NCBI GenBank assembly: GCA_012838425.1
Contig: DUPG01000021.1
Coordinates: 21,413-85,412 of the forward strand
DNA length: 64,000 nucleotides
Direction: 5' to 3'
Source of the DNA: Clostridiales bacterium
Lineage (GTDB): Bacteria > Bacillota > Clostridia > Christensenellales > CAG-138
This document shows, piece after piece, positions 17,581 through 26,616 of the stretch. The stretch's first letter is position 1. Each line of letters begins with the position of its first letter. A program made the translations under genes and the position numbers. The notes under the pieces were generated by a model. That model ran no database searches. It was not told the origin of the DNA and saw only the letters and a program-made list of their open reading frames with translations.

Positions 17581-20500
17581 ATGAATTGGACCGATGAACA
17601 AAGAGAAGCTATAAGAGTTGAAGGCAACGTGCTTGTTTCCGCGGCGGCCGGGTCGGGCAAAACAGCGGTGCTTACAGAGCGTGTAATTGATAGAATTATA
17701 AAGGGCACAGATATTAGCGAAATACTTGTTGTAACCTTCACTAACCTTGCAGCCGAGGAAATGAAGAAGCGCATTGAAACAAAGCTATACGAAAGAGCGC
17801 ATACTGTGGAGGATAGCAAGCTGAAGGAAAGGCTGTATGCGCAGGCGCAAGGTGTAGCGAAGGCAAACATTTCTACATTGCACTCATTTTGCTTGTATCT
17901 GATAAAGCGCAATTACTTCAAAACCGACTTGCCGCCGGTGATAAGACCTATTGACGAAAATGAGCAAGAGCTTCTCATGAGCGAAGCTATGGAGGAAACA
18001 TTAGACAACCTGTTCGATAATGACTCTTCCTCAGCAATAAAGCTGATTTCAGTATTCGGCGGCGAAGAAAAACTCATAGAAATAATAAAGCAGATATACT
18101 TCTTCATGTGTCAACGCCCCAAAGGCGAAGAATGGCTTAGCAGGGCTGTTGAAGCGTACAAAGTAGCAAAGGAGGAGCTTGCTTCCTCAATGCTGATAAA
18201 TGAGTTTTGGTGGCGTGTAAAGGAGCAATTAAAAATCGCTATTTACCATTACAATAAAGCGTTGGATTTAGTCTGCTCAACATCTGACTCTATATACGAA
18301 GCATTGAATGACAAGCTTGATTACTGCGATAATGCATATTCAGCTGACAGCTATGAGTTAATGATATGTATTTTAGAAAACAATAAGCCTAAAGCCAAAA
18401 GGGGTAAGGCGAAAGACGCTGATTATACAGACATAAACAAAATAAATGCTCATAAAAAGCAAGCAGAAAAAGCACTGAAAGCCACAAGCAAATATAAGGT
18501 TTCTATTACAGACGAAGCAAAAAAGCTAAACCATTTATACCCCTATATGCAGCAGCTGGCGCAGGCTGTGCTCACATTCCGCGATAAGTATTCGAAAAAG
18601 AAGCAGCAAGTGGGCGCTATTGACTTTTCTGACATGGAGAATCACGCTTTGAAGCTGCTTAATGACCCGTCAATATGCGAGGCGTGCAAAGAGCGATTCA
18701 AGTACATTTTCGTTGACGAGTACCAAGATATAAACCTTTTACAAGATAGCATAATTTCTGCTATTAAGCGCGACGACAACATATTCTTTGTAGGCGATGT
18801 CAAGCAGTCCATATACAGATTCAGAAATGCCGAGCCCAAGCTGTTCATCAAAAAAGCGGCACAGTATTCTAACGGACTTAACGGCTGTACGCTGAACCTT
18901 AGCTCAAACTTCAGAAGCTCAGATAGCGTTATCAATTTCACGAATGAAATATTTTCGGTAATAATGAACGAACGAACTGGCGAAATAAACTATGACGAAA
19001 CCTGCAAGCTTAAAAAGGAAGGTCAAGCAGGCGTAGGCAGCATAGACTTTGAGATAATTGAACATAATAAAAGCGCTGATAATGAATGCACGGATGCAGA
19101 AGAAGAAAGCAATAATGAGAATGCAGAAAATTCAGAATATCAGGAGAGTGAAACGAATACAGATGACAACGAAAAGGAAGATGATTCGGAAGAGGAGATA
19201 GACGCATTAGAGGCTGAAGCAAAATTAGCTGCGCAGTATATACACGATTTAATGCAAAGCGATGGTTTTTATGCCCCTAATGAGAAGGTGTTTAGAAAGT
19301 ACAGATATTCGGACTTTGCAATACTTATGCGCTCCGTCGCTAACCGCTCTGACATATTCGCAAGCATATTAGCGGCTGAGGGCATACCATGCTATACAGA
19401 CCAAAAGGGCGGCTTCTACGATGCGCTCGAAGTACAGGTGTTTGTTAATCTGTTGCGCGTATTGAATAACAGACAGCAGGATATTCCGTTGCTTAGCGTT
19501 ATGCGCTCGGCTCTGGGCAATTTCGATGCTGAGGAATTAGCTAAAATAAGAGTGTTAACAAACAGCACACGAGCCCAAGGTAAAAAAAGCGTTATAGATT
19601 GCTTGTTTGAGATTTCAGCCGTAAACAATCCATTGGGACAAAAAGCAAAAGCATTTATAGAGAAACTCGACAAGTGGTACAGATACACACAGCTGATTAC
19701 TATGGAGGAAATAGTGTCAAAGCTGCTTCATCATACAGGCTATTACGCATATGTAAGCGCATTGCCTAACGGTTATACGCGCACGCTGAACCTCGATATG
19801 CTCAAAGAGGTTGCCAGCGCATTTGACAGCAACATAGGCGGCGGACTGCACAGCTTTTTGCGGTATTTAGAGGGAATTGCGAAATCAAGTCAGCAGAGTG
19901 AAGCGCAGGACAGCAGTGCAGACGTGGTTCAAATAATGACGATTCACAAAAGCAAGGGCTTGGAATTCAATGTAGTAATAATTCCTTGCTTAGATAGGAA
20001 AATGATAAGCAAAGAACCATCAAGCTCTAATGTATTACTGCACAATGATTATGGCATAGGCGTGAGATTCATTGATTTAGACACTAACGCTAATTCAAAA
20101 TCCTTGATATTCAACGCAAACGCTCTTGTAAAGACTGATGAAGAAAGAAGCGACGCAATGAGAATACTCTATGTTGCTTTGACGCGCGCGAGAGAAAAAC
20201 TGCTTCTGATTGCTTCGAATAAAAGCGCGGAGGGCTTGCGCTCAACTATTCAAAGCATTGACAAGTATGGTGATAATACCGTAACTCAAACGCTTAGCGC
20301 AAAGTCCTTCTACGAATGGCTGCTTATCGGAATAAAGAATTCGCGTTATTCTGACGCGCTTAACGCCGCGCTGATAAATGGCGAAGGTTGCGTTGACACT
20401 CTGCGCATAAAAAGACGGCATATTTCAGAGTTTACGCTGGAATTTGATGATAGCAAAAAGGAAGCTGTATTTAATGCGCTTGACGAGTTCAAGAATATTG

Positions 20501-21180
20501 AGCTGTGCGACGAAGATTACTGTTTGACTTGGGAATACCCATACATAGGGGCTTACGCTGTTCCCACAAAGCGTTCTGTAACAAGCTTGAGAACAAGAAT
20601 TTCACCGCCTGATGTTCCGCTGTTCATTGCGGAGCAGGAGGACACACCGCTTACCGCAGTGCAGATAGGTACGGCAACACACTTGGTGTTTGAAAAAATA
20701 GCTATAAAGCCACATGATGAAAGCACAGTACGCGAAGAAATAAAAGGGCTGGTCGAAGCAGGCTTCCTGACACAAAGGGAAGCCGACAGCATATACATAC
20801 AAGGAATTGTAGATTTCTTTACGAGTGATTTGGGCAAAAGGCTTATTGCCTCGCCGCATTATGTGCGTGAACAGGAGTTTATATGCAGAATGAAGGCAGA
20901 TGAGCTGTTGAGCTCTGATTATGCTTCGGAATATATGCTTTTGCAAGGCGTAATAGACTGCTGCTTCATAGAAAACGATAAATGGGTGTTAATAGACTAT
21001 AAGACAGACAATGTTAAGGGTTATTCACAAGAGGAGCTGTATGTACACTCACAGCACCATATACAGCAGTTAAGGAATTACGCAAGGGCTTTGGAAATCA
21101 TAACTAAGCGAAAGGTTAAACAAGCATATATTCATTATGTATATGCAGGTAGTGTAAAAATGTTCGATAATATAGAATAA
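17581..21180 (+). CDS. addA: ATP-dependent helicase/nuclease AddA (UvrD/Rep-type helicase with C-terminal RecB-family nuclease)
   Basis: 1199 aa. Walker A AAAGSGKT, helicase motifs (FVDEYQD, TIHKSKGLEF, LYVALTRA) and a C-terminal nuclease motif GVIDCCF...LIDYKTD. GGAGG RBS. Confidence 0.9.
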   Translation: MNWTDEQREAIRVEGNVLVSAAAGSGKTAVLTERVIDRIIKGTDISEILVVTFTNLAAEEMKKRIETKLYERAHTVEDSKLKERLYAQAQGVAKANISTLHSFCLYLIKRNYFKTDLPPVIRPIDENEQELLMSEAMEETLDNLFDNDSSSAIKLISVFGGEEKLIEIIKQIYFFMCQRPKGEEWLSRAVEAYKVAKEELASSMLINEFWWRVKEQLKIAIYHYNKALDLVCSTSDSIYEALNDKLDYCDNAYSADSYELMICILENNKPKAKRGKAKDADYTDINKINAHKKQAEKALKATSKYKVSITDEAKKLNHLYPYMQQLAQAVLTFRDKYSKKKQQVGAIDFSDMENHALKLLNDPSICEACKERFKYIFVDEYQDINLLQDSIISAIKRDDNIFFVGDVKQSIYRFRNAEPKLFIKKAAQYSNGLNGCTLNLSSNFRSSDSVINFTNEIFSVIMNERTGEINYDETCKLKKEGQAGVGSIDFEIIEHNKSADNECTDAEEESNNENAENSEYQESETNTDDNEKEDDSEEEIDALEAEAKLAAQYIHDLMQSDGFYAPNEKVFRKYRYSDFAILMRSVANRSDIFASILAAEGIPCYTDQKGGFYDALEVQVFVNLLRVLNNRQQDIPLLSVMRSALGNFDAEELAKIRVLTNSTRAQGKKSVIDCLFEISAVNNPLGQKAKAFIEKLDKWYRYTQLITMEEIVSKLLHHTGYYAYVSALPNGYTRTLNLDMLKEVASAFDSNIGGGLHSFLRYLEGIAKSSQQSEAQDSSADVVQIMTIHKSKGLEFNVVIIPCLDRKMISKEPSSSNVLLHNDYGIGVRFIDLDTNANSKSLIFNANALVKTDEERSDAMRILYVALTRAREKLLLIASNKSAEGLRSTIQSIDKYGDNTVTQTLSAKSFYEWLLIGIKNSRYSDALNAALINGEGCVDTLRIKRRHISEFTLEFDDSKKEAVFNALDEFKNIELCDEDYCLTWEYPYIGAYAVPTKRSVTSLRTRISPPDVPLFIAEQEDTPLTAVQIGTATHLVFEKIAIKPHDESTVREEIKGLVEAGFLTQREADSIYIQGIVDFFTSDLGKRLIASPHYVREQEFICRMKADELLSSDYASEYMLLQGVIDCCFIENDKWVLIDYKTDNVKGYSQEELYVHSQHHIQQLRNYARALEIITKRKVKQAYIHYVYAGSVKMFDNIE

Positions 21181-21207
21181 TCTTTTGAATTTTTTTACAA
21201 GAAACGC

Positions 21208-21236
21208 TTGACAAGCCTGTTAGTTATATGTATCAT
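21208..21236 (+). promoter_or_regulatory. candidate strong sigma-A-type promoter for the PurF-like gene
   Basis: TTGACA (21208-21213), 17-nt spacer, TATCAT (21231-21236). Confidence 0.55.
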
Positions 21237-21244
21237 GTTTAATG

Positions 21245-21300
21245 GGAATTATTTTTCCTAACGCATTATTGCTTTGGAGAAATAATTCCATAAAATTTTT
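21245..21300 (+). promoter_or_regulatory. 5' leader hairpin (possible attenuator) upstream of the PurF-like gene
   Basis: 14-bp stem GGAATTATTTTTCC (21245-21258) / GGAGAAATAATTCC (21276-21289) with one G-U pair and a 17-nt loop, followed by ATAAAATTTTTATT. Lies between the predicted -10 and the RBS. Confidence 0.4.
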
Positions 21301-21325
21301 ATTGAGAGGTAAAAAGAGGTTAAAC

Positions 21326-22750
21326 ATGAGTGGTTTATTTGGTGTTGTATCAAAAACGGATTGCGTAAGCGATGTATTTTTCGGCACAGACTATCATTCA
21401 CACTTAGGCACAAAGCGCGGAGGAATGGCGATTCTCAACTGCGAAGGCTTCAACAGGGCAATTCACAACATTGAGAATTCCCCCTTCAGAACAAAGTTTG
21501 ATGCTGAAATCGCTACTATGAAGGGCAACAGCGGCATAGGCTGCATATCAGACTCTGACCCGCAACCCCTGATTGTACGCTCACACCTTGGCAACTATGC
21601 GATAATGGGTGTAGGGCGTATCAACAATGTGGACGAGCTTGTTGAGCACACATTCAAAAACGGCAGAACACAATTCTTAGAGATGAGCGGCGGTAAAATC
21701 AACAATGTTGAACTTTGCGCCGCTTTAATCAATGAGTGCGAATCTATTCCTGAGGGTATCAGGTTCGCGCAGCAGAAAATCGACGGTTCTATGTCAATAC
21801 TTGTGCTGACTTCTGACGGAATATATGCCGCACGCGACTACTGCGGAAGAACTCCGTTAGTAATCGGCAAGAAGGAAGGCGCATACTGCGTAGCGTTCGA
21901 GAGCAGCTCATTCATCAACTTAGATTACGAATTCCACAGGGAGATAGGGCCCGCAGAAGTCGTGTTCATAACCGCAGAAGGCGAGCAGACTGTACTCCCC
22001 GCATTAGACACAATGCAGATTTGCACATTCCTTTGGGTATATTACGGCTACCCCACCTCAATTTACGAAGGCGTAAATGTTGAGGCTATGAGGTACAAGG
22101 GCGGCGAAATACTTTCACAGCGCGATCGTGGCATTGATATTGATTCTGTTGCGGGAATACCGGATTCGGGCTCGGCATACGCTATTGGCTATTCAAACGC
22201 CTCTAACATTCCTTTTGCCCGTCCTTTCATTAAATACACACCTACTTGGCCGCGTTCGTTCATGCCATCAAATCAGGCGCAGCGCAACCGTATCGCGCAC
22301 ATGAAGCTGATACCCGTTAAGGCGTTGATAGAAAACAAGAAGCTGCTTCTGATTGACGACTCAATTGTTCGCGGAACGCAAATGGGCGAAACCACAGAAT
22401 TCTTGTATAGAAGCGGCGCTAAGGAAGTGCATGTTAGAGCGGCCTGCCCTCCCCTGATGTTCGGATGTAAGTTTTTGAACTTCTCGCGCTCAACCTCTGA
22501 AATGGAATTGATTGCAAGGCGCGTTGTTCATGAGCTTGAAGGCGATGTTACAAGGGAAAGGCTGTTAGATTACACTAACACAGACAGCGCGGAATACGAA
22601 GCAATGGTAGAGGGCATAAGAAAGCAGCTCAACTTCACTTCTCTGAAATTCCACAAGCTTGAGGACATGGTGGCTTCTACCGGATTGCCTGAATGCAAGC
22701 TGTGCACATATTGCTGGAAGGGCAAGGACGGTTGCTGCAAGGCGAACTAA
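21326..22750 (+). CDS. amidophosphoribosyltransferase (PurF)-like protein lacking the N-terminal Cys nucleophile
   Basis: The ORF track starts at 21242. AAAGAGGT RBS favours the ATG at 21326 (MSGLFGVV..., 474 aa). Collinear with PurF: PRPP loop LLLIDDSIVRGTQ, and Cys residues at Fe-S ligand positions. Confidence 0.8.
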   Translation: MSGLFGVVSKTDCVSDVFFGTDYHSHLGTKRGGMAILNCEGFNRAIHNIENSPFRTKFDAEIATMKGNSGIGCISDSDPQPLIVRSHLGNYAIMGVGRINNVDELVEHTFKNGRTQFLEMSGGKINNVELCAALINECESIPEGIRFAQQKIDGSMSILVLTSDGIYAARDYCGRTPLVIGKKEGAYCVAFESSSFINLDYEFHREIGPAEVVFITAEGEQTVLPALDTMQICTFLWVYYGYPTSIYEGVNVEAMRYKGGEILSQRDRGIDIDSVAGIPDSGSAYAIGYSNASNIPFARPFIKYTPTWPRSFMPSNQAQRNRIAHMKLIPVKALIENKKLLLIDDSIVRGTQMGETTEFLYRSGAKEVHVRAACPPLMFGCKFLNFSRSTSEMELIARRVVHELEGDVTRERLLDYTNTDSAEYEAMVEGIRKQLNFTSLKFHKLEDMVASTGLPECKLCTYCWKGKDGCCKAN

Positions 22751-22760
22751 AATGAAACTT

Positions 22761-22785
22761 CGCGCCCCGAAAGGGGCGTTTTTTG
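22761..22785 (+). terminator. rho-independent terminator
   Basis: CGCCCC-GAAA-GGGGCG hairpin followed by TTTTTTG. Confidence 0.75.
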
Positions 22786-22889
22786 TACTTACAGCAAGCT
22801 ATTGACAATCTGGTATGAAAAGAGGAATTTTAGCTGCTAATCTCACAATTTAATGTAATTTACTTCCAAGTGATGTTTTCACGCTCCCC

Positions 22890-22918
22890 TTGTGCTCCCC
22901 CAAAAACTCATATATAAT
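22890..22918 (+). promoter_or_regulatory. candidate promoter for BMP lipoprotein gene
   Basis: TTGTGC (22890-22895), 17-nt spacer, TATAAT (22913-22918). Confidence 0.4.
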
Positions 22919-22948
22919 TAACCTATAATGTGCTTGCGGAGGTAACGA

Positions 22949-24130
22949 ATGAGAAAATATATTGCATTTACACTGATTGCGCTATTTATTGTGCTTACGC
23001 TGTTCGGGTGCAGCAAAAAAGCTAATACCAATCAAACGCCTGACCCAAGCTATGCTCCTAACACCCCAAAGATAAACAATGAGGACGCTATTACGAGAAC
23101 ACCTAACTCAATAGGCATTTTTCCACCTGTTGAAAAGGAAGAAATCAAGATAGGCGTAATCTACAATTCTGACCCTGAGGCTGTTGCTTCCGACTCATAC
23201 GCGCATGACCAAGGCATTGAAGAAGCAAGAGAGGTTTTTGAGCTGAAAAGCAGTCAGATAATCAAAAAAACTAATGTCAGCGAAAAAGATGAAGCCGCTA
23301 TAAAGCAAGCTATTGAAAGCTGCATTAAAGCAGGATGTCATATTATATTTGGCACAAATGCAGGCTACGCAAAGGTTATGGGCGAATACGCGGAGCTGTA
23401 TCCCAATGTAATATTCTCAAATGCCGGCGGTAACAAATCTAACGATACTAATTTCAATAACTATTCGGGTGATATTTATCAGGCATGGTATTTGGCAGGA
23501 ATAGTCGCAGGAATGTCAACAGAGTCTGACCTAATAGGCTTTGTTGCGTCATTCGGCACTAATAATAATGAGATTACTGTCGCGATAAACGCATTCGCAA
23601 TGGGTGTGAACTCTGTGAATTCCAAAGCGAAAGTACATTTGCAGATTACTAACTCAAAGTTTGACGCGGAGCAGGAGCACTTTGCGGCTGTCGCGCTGAT
23701 AGAAAAGGGCTGTGATGTGCTGGCTCAGCATTGCGGTTCGAGCATTCCCCAAACAACTGCGCAGAATCAAAAGGTGTACGGCATTGGCTATAATGAGGAT
23801 ATGAGCAAGGACGCTCCTAAGGCTGTGCTTACCTCTGTGGTTTATAACTGGGATATTTACTACAAGCTTGCAATCTACTATGTAATAGCGGGCGAATGGA
23901 CTAATGAGAATTACAGAGGCACTTTAGGCGAAGGCTTTGTGGATATAACGCCTTTGGCGAACTTCAGCGCAAAGGGTGCAGAAGAAAAAGTTGAAGAAGC
24001 AAAAGCAAATTTTGCGCGTGGAGACTGGGATATTTTCAAAGGCGAAATACCTGCGAACGATGGCTCATCAAAGACAGTATCAGATTTAAGCGAAATAGAC
24101 TGGTATTTTAAGAATATAATAGTTGAATAA
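22949..24130 (+). CDS. BMP-family (PnrA/Med-like) ABC substrate-binding lipoprotein
   Basis: 393 aa. Signal peptide with lipobox LFGC, a low-complexity linker, then a BMP/periplasmic-binding fold (KIGVIYNSDP..., GFVASFG, GIGYNEDM). GGAGG RBS. Confidence 0.8.
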   Translation: MRKYIAFTLIALFIVLTLFGCSKKANTNQTPDPSYAPNTPKINNEDAITRTPNSIGIFPPVEKEEIKIGVIYNSDPEAVASDSYAHDQGIEEAREVFELKSSQIIKKTNVSEKDEAAIKQAIESCIKAGCHIIFGTNAGYAKVMGEYAELYPNVIFSNAGGNKSNDTNFNNYSGDIYQAWYLAGIVAGMSTESDLIGFVASFGTNNNEITVAINAFAMGVNSVNSKAKVHLQITNSKFDAEQEHFAAVALIEKGCDVLAQHCGSSIPQTTAQNQKVYGIGYNEDMSKDAPKAVLTSVVYNWDIYYKLAIYYVIAGEWTNENYRGTLGEGFVDITPLANFSAKGAEEKVEEAKANFARGDWDIFKGEIPANDGSSKTVSDLSEIDWYFKNIIVE

Positions 24131-24145
24131 TCCTACAAGCCTTAT

Positions 24146-24181
24146 GAGCTATGGCGCATTATACATGCCATAGCTCTTTTG
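24146..24181 (+). terminator. rho-independent terminator of the BMP gene, overlapping the 3' end of convergent glgP
   Basis: Perfect 10-bp stem GAGCTATGGC (24146-24155) / GCCATAGCTC (24167-24176), followed by TTTT. Confidence 0.6.
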
Positions 24182-26504
24182 CGTATTGCAGTATTGTGCG
24201 ATCGCTTGAAAACATTCCTGCAGAGGCGACATTCATAAGACACTTCTTTGAGAATTCGATTCTGTCGTTATAGTCTCTGTTTGCTTTGAGCTTTGCTTCC
24301 ATGTATGAGTTGAAGTCCGCTAATATATAGTGATGGTCGGGTCTATGCCAATATGTGCCGTAAAGAATAGAGTCATACAGCTCTGCGAACGAATAGTCGT
24401 GCGTATCGTGCATTGAACCGTTTATAAGAGAATCCAATACACGCCTAATATTCGCATCGGAATCGTAAATCGCCTTAGGGTTATAGCTATGCTTTATTCT
24501 TTCTATATCCTCAACGCGAAGCCCAAAAATATAGTTGTTCTCAAAGCCCGCCTGCTGAACAATCTCGATGTTCGCGCCGTCGTATGTGCCCAAAGTAACC
24601 GCTCCGTTAAGCATAAACTTCATATTGCCTGTGCCTGATGCCTCTGTTCCTGCCGATGAAATCTGCTCGGAAATATCCGCTGCGGGTATTATTCTTTCAG
24701 CATATGATAGATTGTAGTTTTCAACGAAAACCACGCGCAATAAATCCTGCATTGATGTATCAGAGTTTATTGTTCGTGCAACCTCATTTATGAATTTGAT
24801 TATGCCCTTTGCGCGCTTGTATCCCGGCGCCGCCTTTGCACCGAATATAAATGCTGTGGGTGTAAAATCGGTTAATGTACCGTCCTTTATCTGATAATAG
24901 ATGTTGAGAATTGACAGCGCATTCATTAGCTGACGCTTGTATTCGTGCAATCGCTTAACTTGAATATCGAATATGAAATCTGGCGGCAATACTATGCCTT
25001 CGCGCTTCAAAATATGCTCGGAAAGCTGAATTTTCTTCTGCTTTTTAATAGCCGCAAAGCTTTGTGCGGTTTCATCGTTTACATGCGGCTTTAAGCCCTC
25101 AATGAGCGATAAATTCTTGACAAAGTCGTAGCTGCCGAGTATGTTCGCAATGAATTCGGTCAATTCAGGGTTGCAAAGCGATAAGAATCGGCGCTGCGTT
25201 ATGCCGTTTGTCTTGTTCTGAAACCTTTCGGGGTATATTGCGTACCAGTCCTTCAGCACATTAGCTTTCAAGATTTCAGTATGAATTTTCGCGACGCCAT
25301 TCACATACGACGAAACGAAGGTAGCTAAATTAGCCATTACTATTCGGTTGCCCTGTATTATCTGCATATTATGCCTTTGCTCGCAATCGACCGCGCGAGT
25401 GTCTAAAACGCGGTTCAGCATATCGTTTATGCGCTGAATAATGCTGAAAATCTCGGGAATAACGCTGTTGAATAAATCTATTTCCCAGCTTTCTAAGGCT
25501 TCGCTCATAATAGTATGGTTGGTGTATGAGAATGTTTTCTGCGCTATGTCAAACGCTTCGTCGAAAGATACTCCATAGCTTTGCAGAACTCTTATCAGTT
25601 CAGGAATAGCGACTGTTGGGTGCGTGTCGTTAAGCTGTATAGCGTTGTATTCATGAAAGCGTGAAAAGTCCTTGCCATGCGCGCTAATATAGCTTCTGAC
25701 TATATCGGTAATGCCTGCGCAGCACAGAAAATACTGCTGCTTTAAGCGCAAGCGCTTGCCCTCGTATGAGTTTTCATTGGGATATAGAACCCTTGTGATG
25801 TTCTCTGCCCTATTCTTTTCCGCTACTGACTGCTCATACTCAAAATTGTTGAACAGCTGAAAATCAAATTCCTTTACGGCTTCGCTTTGCCATAGCCTTA
25901 GCGTGCTAATATTGTCTGTCATATAGCCTATAACGGGCATATCGTATGGAATAGCAAGCACTTTTTGGTCTAAAAAGTTCACTTCTACGGCTAAATCATC
26001 ACGGCGTTTGCACCAAGGCATACCAAAACGCTGCCAATCGTCTGCCACCTCAAGCTGTTCGCCATTTACTATTTGCTGCTTGAATAGCCCATACTTATAC
26101 AATAAACCATGACCGTCTAAGGGTATATTGTGTGTTGCTGCGCTATCCAAGAAGCAAGCGGCTAACCTGCCCAAACCGCCATTGCCCAAAGCAATATCCT
26201 CAAGTTCTTCAAAAATGCTTATGTCTATGCCGCGTTGCTCTAATAGGCTTGATACTTCTTTTAGAATTCCAAGATTGTTCAGGTTGTTTGTGAGCATTCT
26301 GCCTAAAAGATACTCGGCTGAAAAGTAATATACCCTTCTTTTTGCGCTGCGCGATAATGTGCTATTATGCCAGTTTTCAGCAATAGCCGATAATAAGCCC
26401 TCCGCTATTGCGGCGCGTAATTGATGGGCGTTAGCTTCCTCTAACTTAATAAAGTAGTTCGTATATAGCCATTCTTCAGCTTTTTTTATAATGTTATGCT
26501 TCAT
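24159..26504 (-). CDS. glgP: glycogen/alpha-glucan phosphorylase
   Basis: 781 aa. PLP-lysine region EASGTGNMKFMLNGA. GT35-family length and overall conserved blocks. Confidence 0.95.
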   Translation of the reverse strand: MKHNIIKKAEEWLYTNYFIKLEEANAHQLRAAIAEGLLSAIAENWHNSTLSRSAKRRVYYFSAEYLLGRMLTNNLNNLGILKEVSSLLEQRGIDISIFEELEDIALGNGGLGRLAACFLDSAATHNIPLDGHGLLYKYGLFKQQIVNGEQLEVADDWQRFGMPWCKRRDDLAVEVNFLDQKVLAIPYDMPVIGYMTDNISTLRLWQSEAVKEFDFQLFNNFEYEQSVAEKNRAENITRVLYPNENSYEGKRLRLKQQYFLCCAGITDIVRSYISAHGKDFSRFHEYNAIQLNDTHPTVAIPELIRVLQSYGVSFDEAFDIAQKTFSYTNHTIMSEALESWEIDLFNSVIPEIFSIIQRINDMLNRVLDTRAVDCEQRHNMQIIQGNRIVMANLATFVSSYVNGVAKIHTEILKANVLKDWYAIYPERFQNKTNGITQRRFLSLCNPELTEFIANILGSYDFVKNLSLIEGLKPHVNDETAQSFAAIKKQKKIQLSEHILKREGIVLPPDFIFDIQVKRLHEYKRQLMNALSILNIYYQIKDGTLTDFTPTAFIFGAKAAPGYKRAKGIIKFINEVARTINSDTSMQDLLRVVFVENYNLSYAERIIPAADISEQISSAGTEASGTGNMKFMLNGAVTLGTYDGANIEIVQQAGFENNYIFGLRVEDIERIKHSYNPKAIYDSDANIRRVLDSLINGSMHDTHDYSFAELYDSILYGTYWHRPDHHYILADFNSYMEAKLKANRDYNDRIEFSKKCLMNVASAGMFSSDRTILQYAKELWHV

Positions 26505-26565
26505 GCTTATACCTTTGCTTGCTTTTTCTCAATAGTTTGCGGCGAAAATAACAAACTTATTTACT

Positions 26566-26596
26566 ATTAAAATAAAGAGCTTATTTCTAAGCTCTT
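26566..26596 (-). terminator. rho-independent terminator after the trxA/95-aa pair
   Basis: Perfect 8-bp stem AGAGCTTA / TAAGCTCT (26576-26595). On the minus strand it is followed by TTATTTTAAT. Confidence 0.5.
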
Positions 26597-26616
26597 CATC
26601 GCACATTCTCTTTGCT

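Noticed and set aside
21242-21325. 28-codon N-terminal extension of the PurF-like ORF
   Set aside because: The extension covers the leader hairpin and has no RBS. The ATG at 21326 has AAAGAGGT upstream and aligns with the PurF N-terminus.
22786-22948. Possible purine riboswitch or anti-SD element upstream of the BMP lipoprotein gene, with the direct repeat GCTCCCC...GCTCCCC at 22883-22900
   Set aside because: There is no match to the purine-riboswitch core. The C-rich repeat falls in or upstream of the predicted -35, so it is probably not transcribed.
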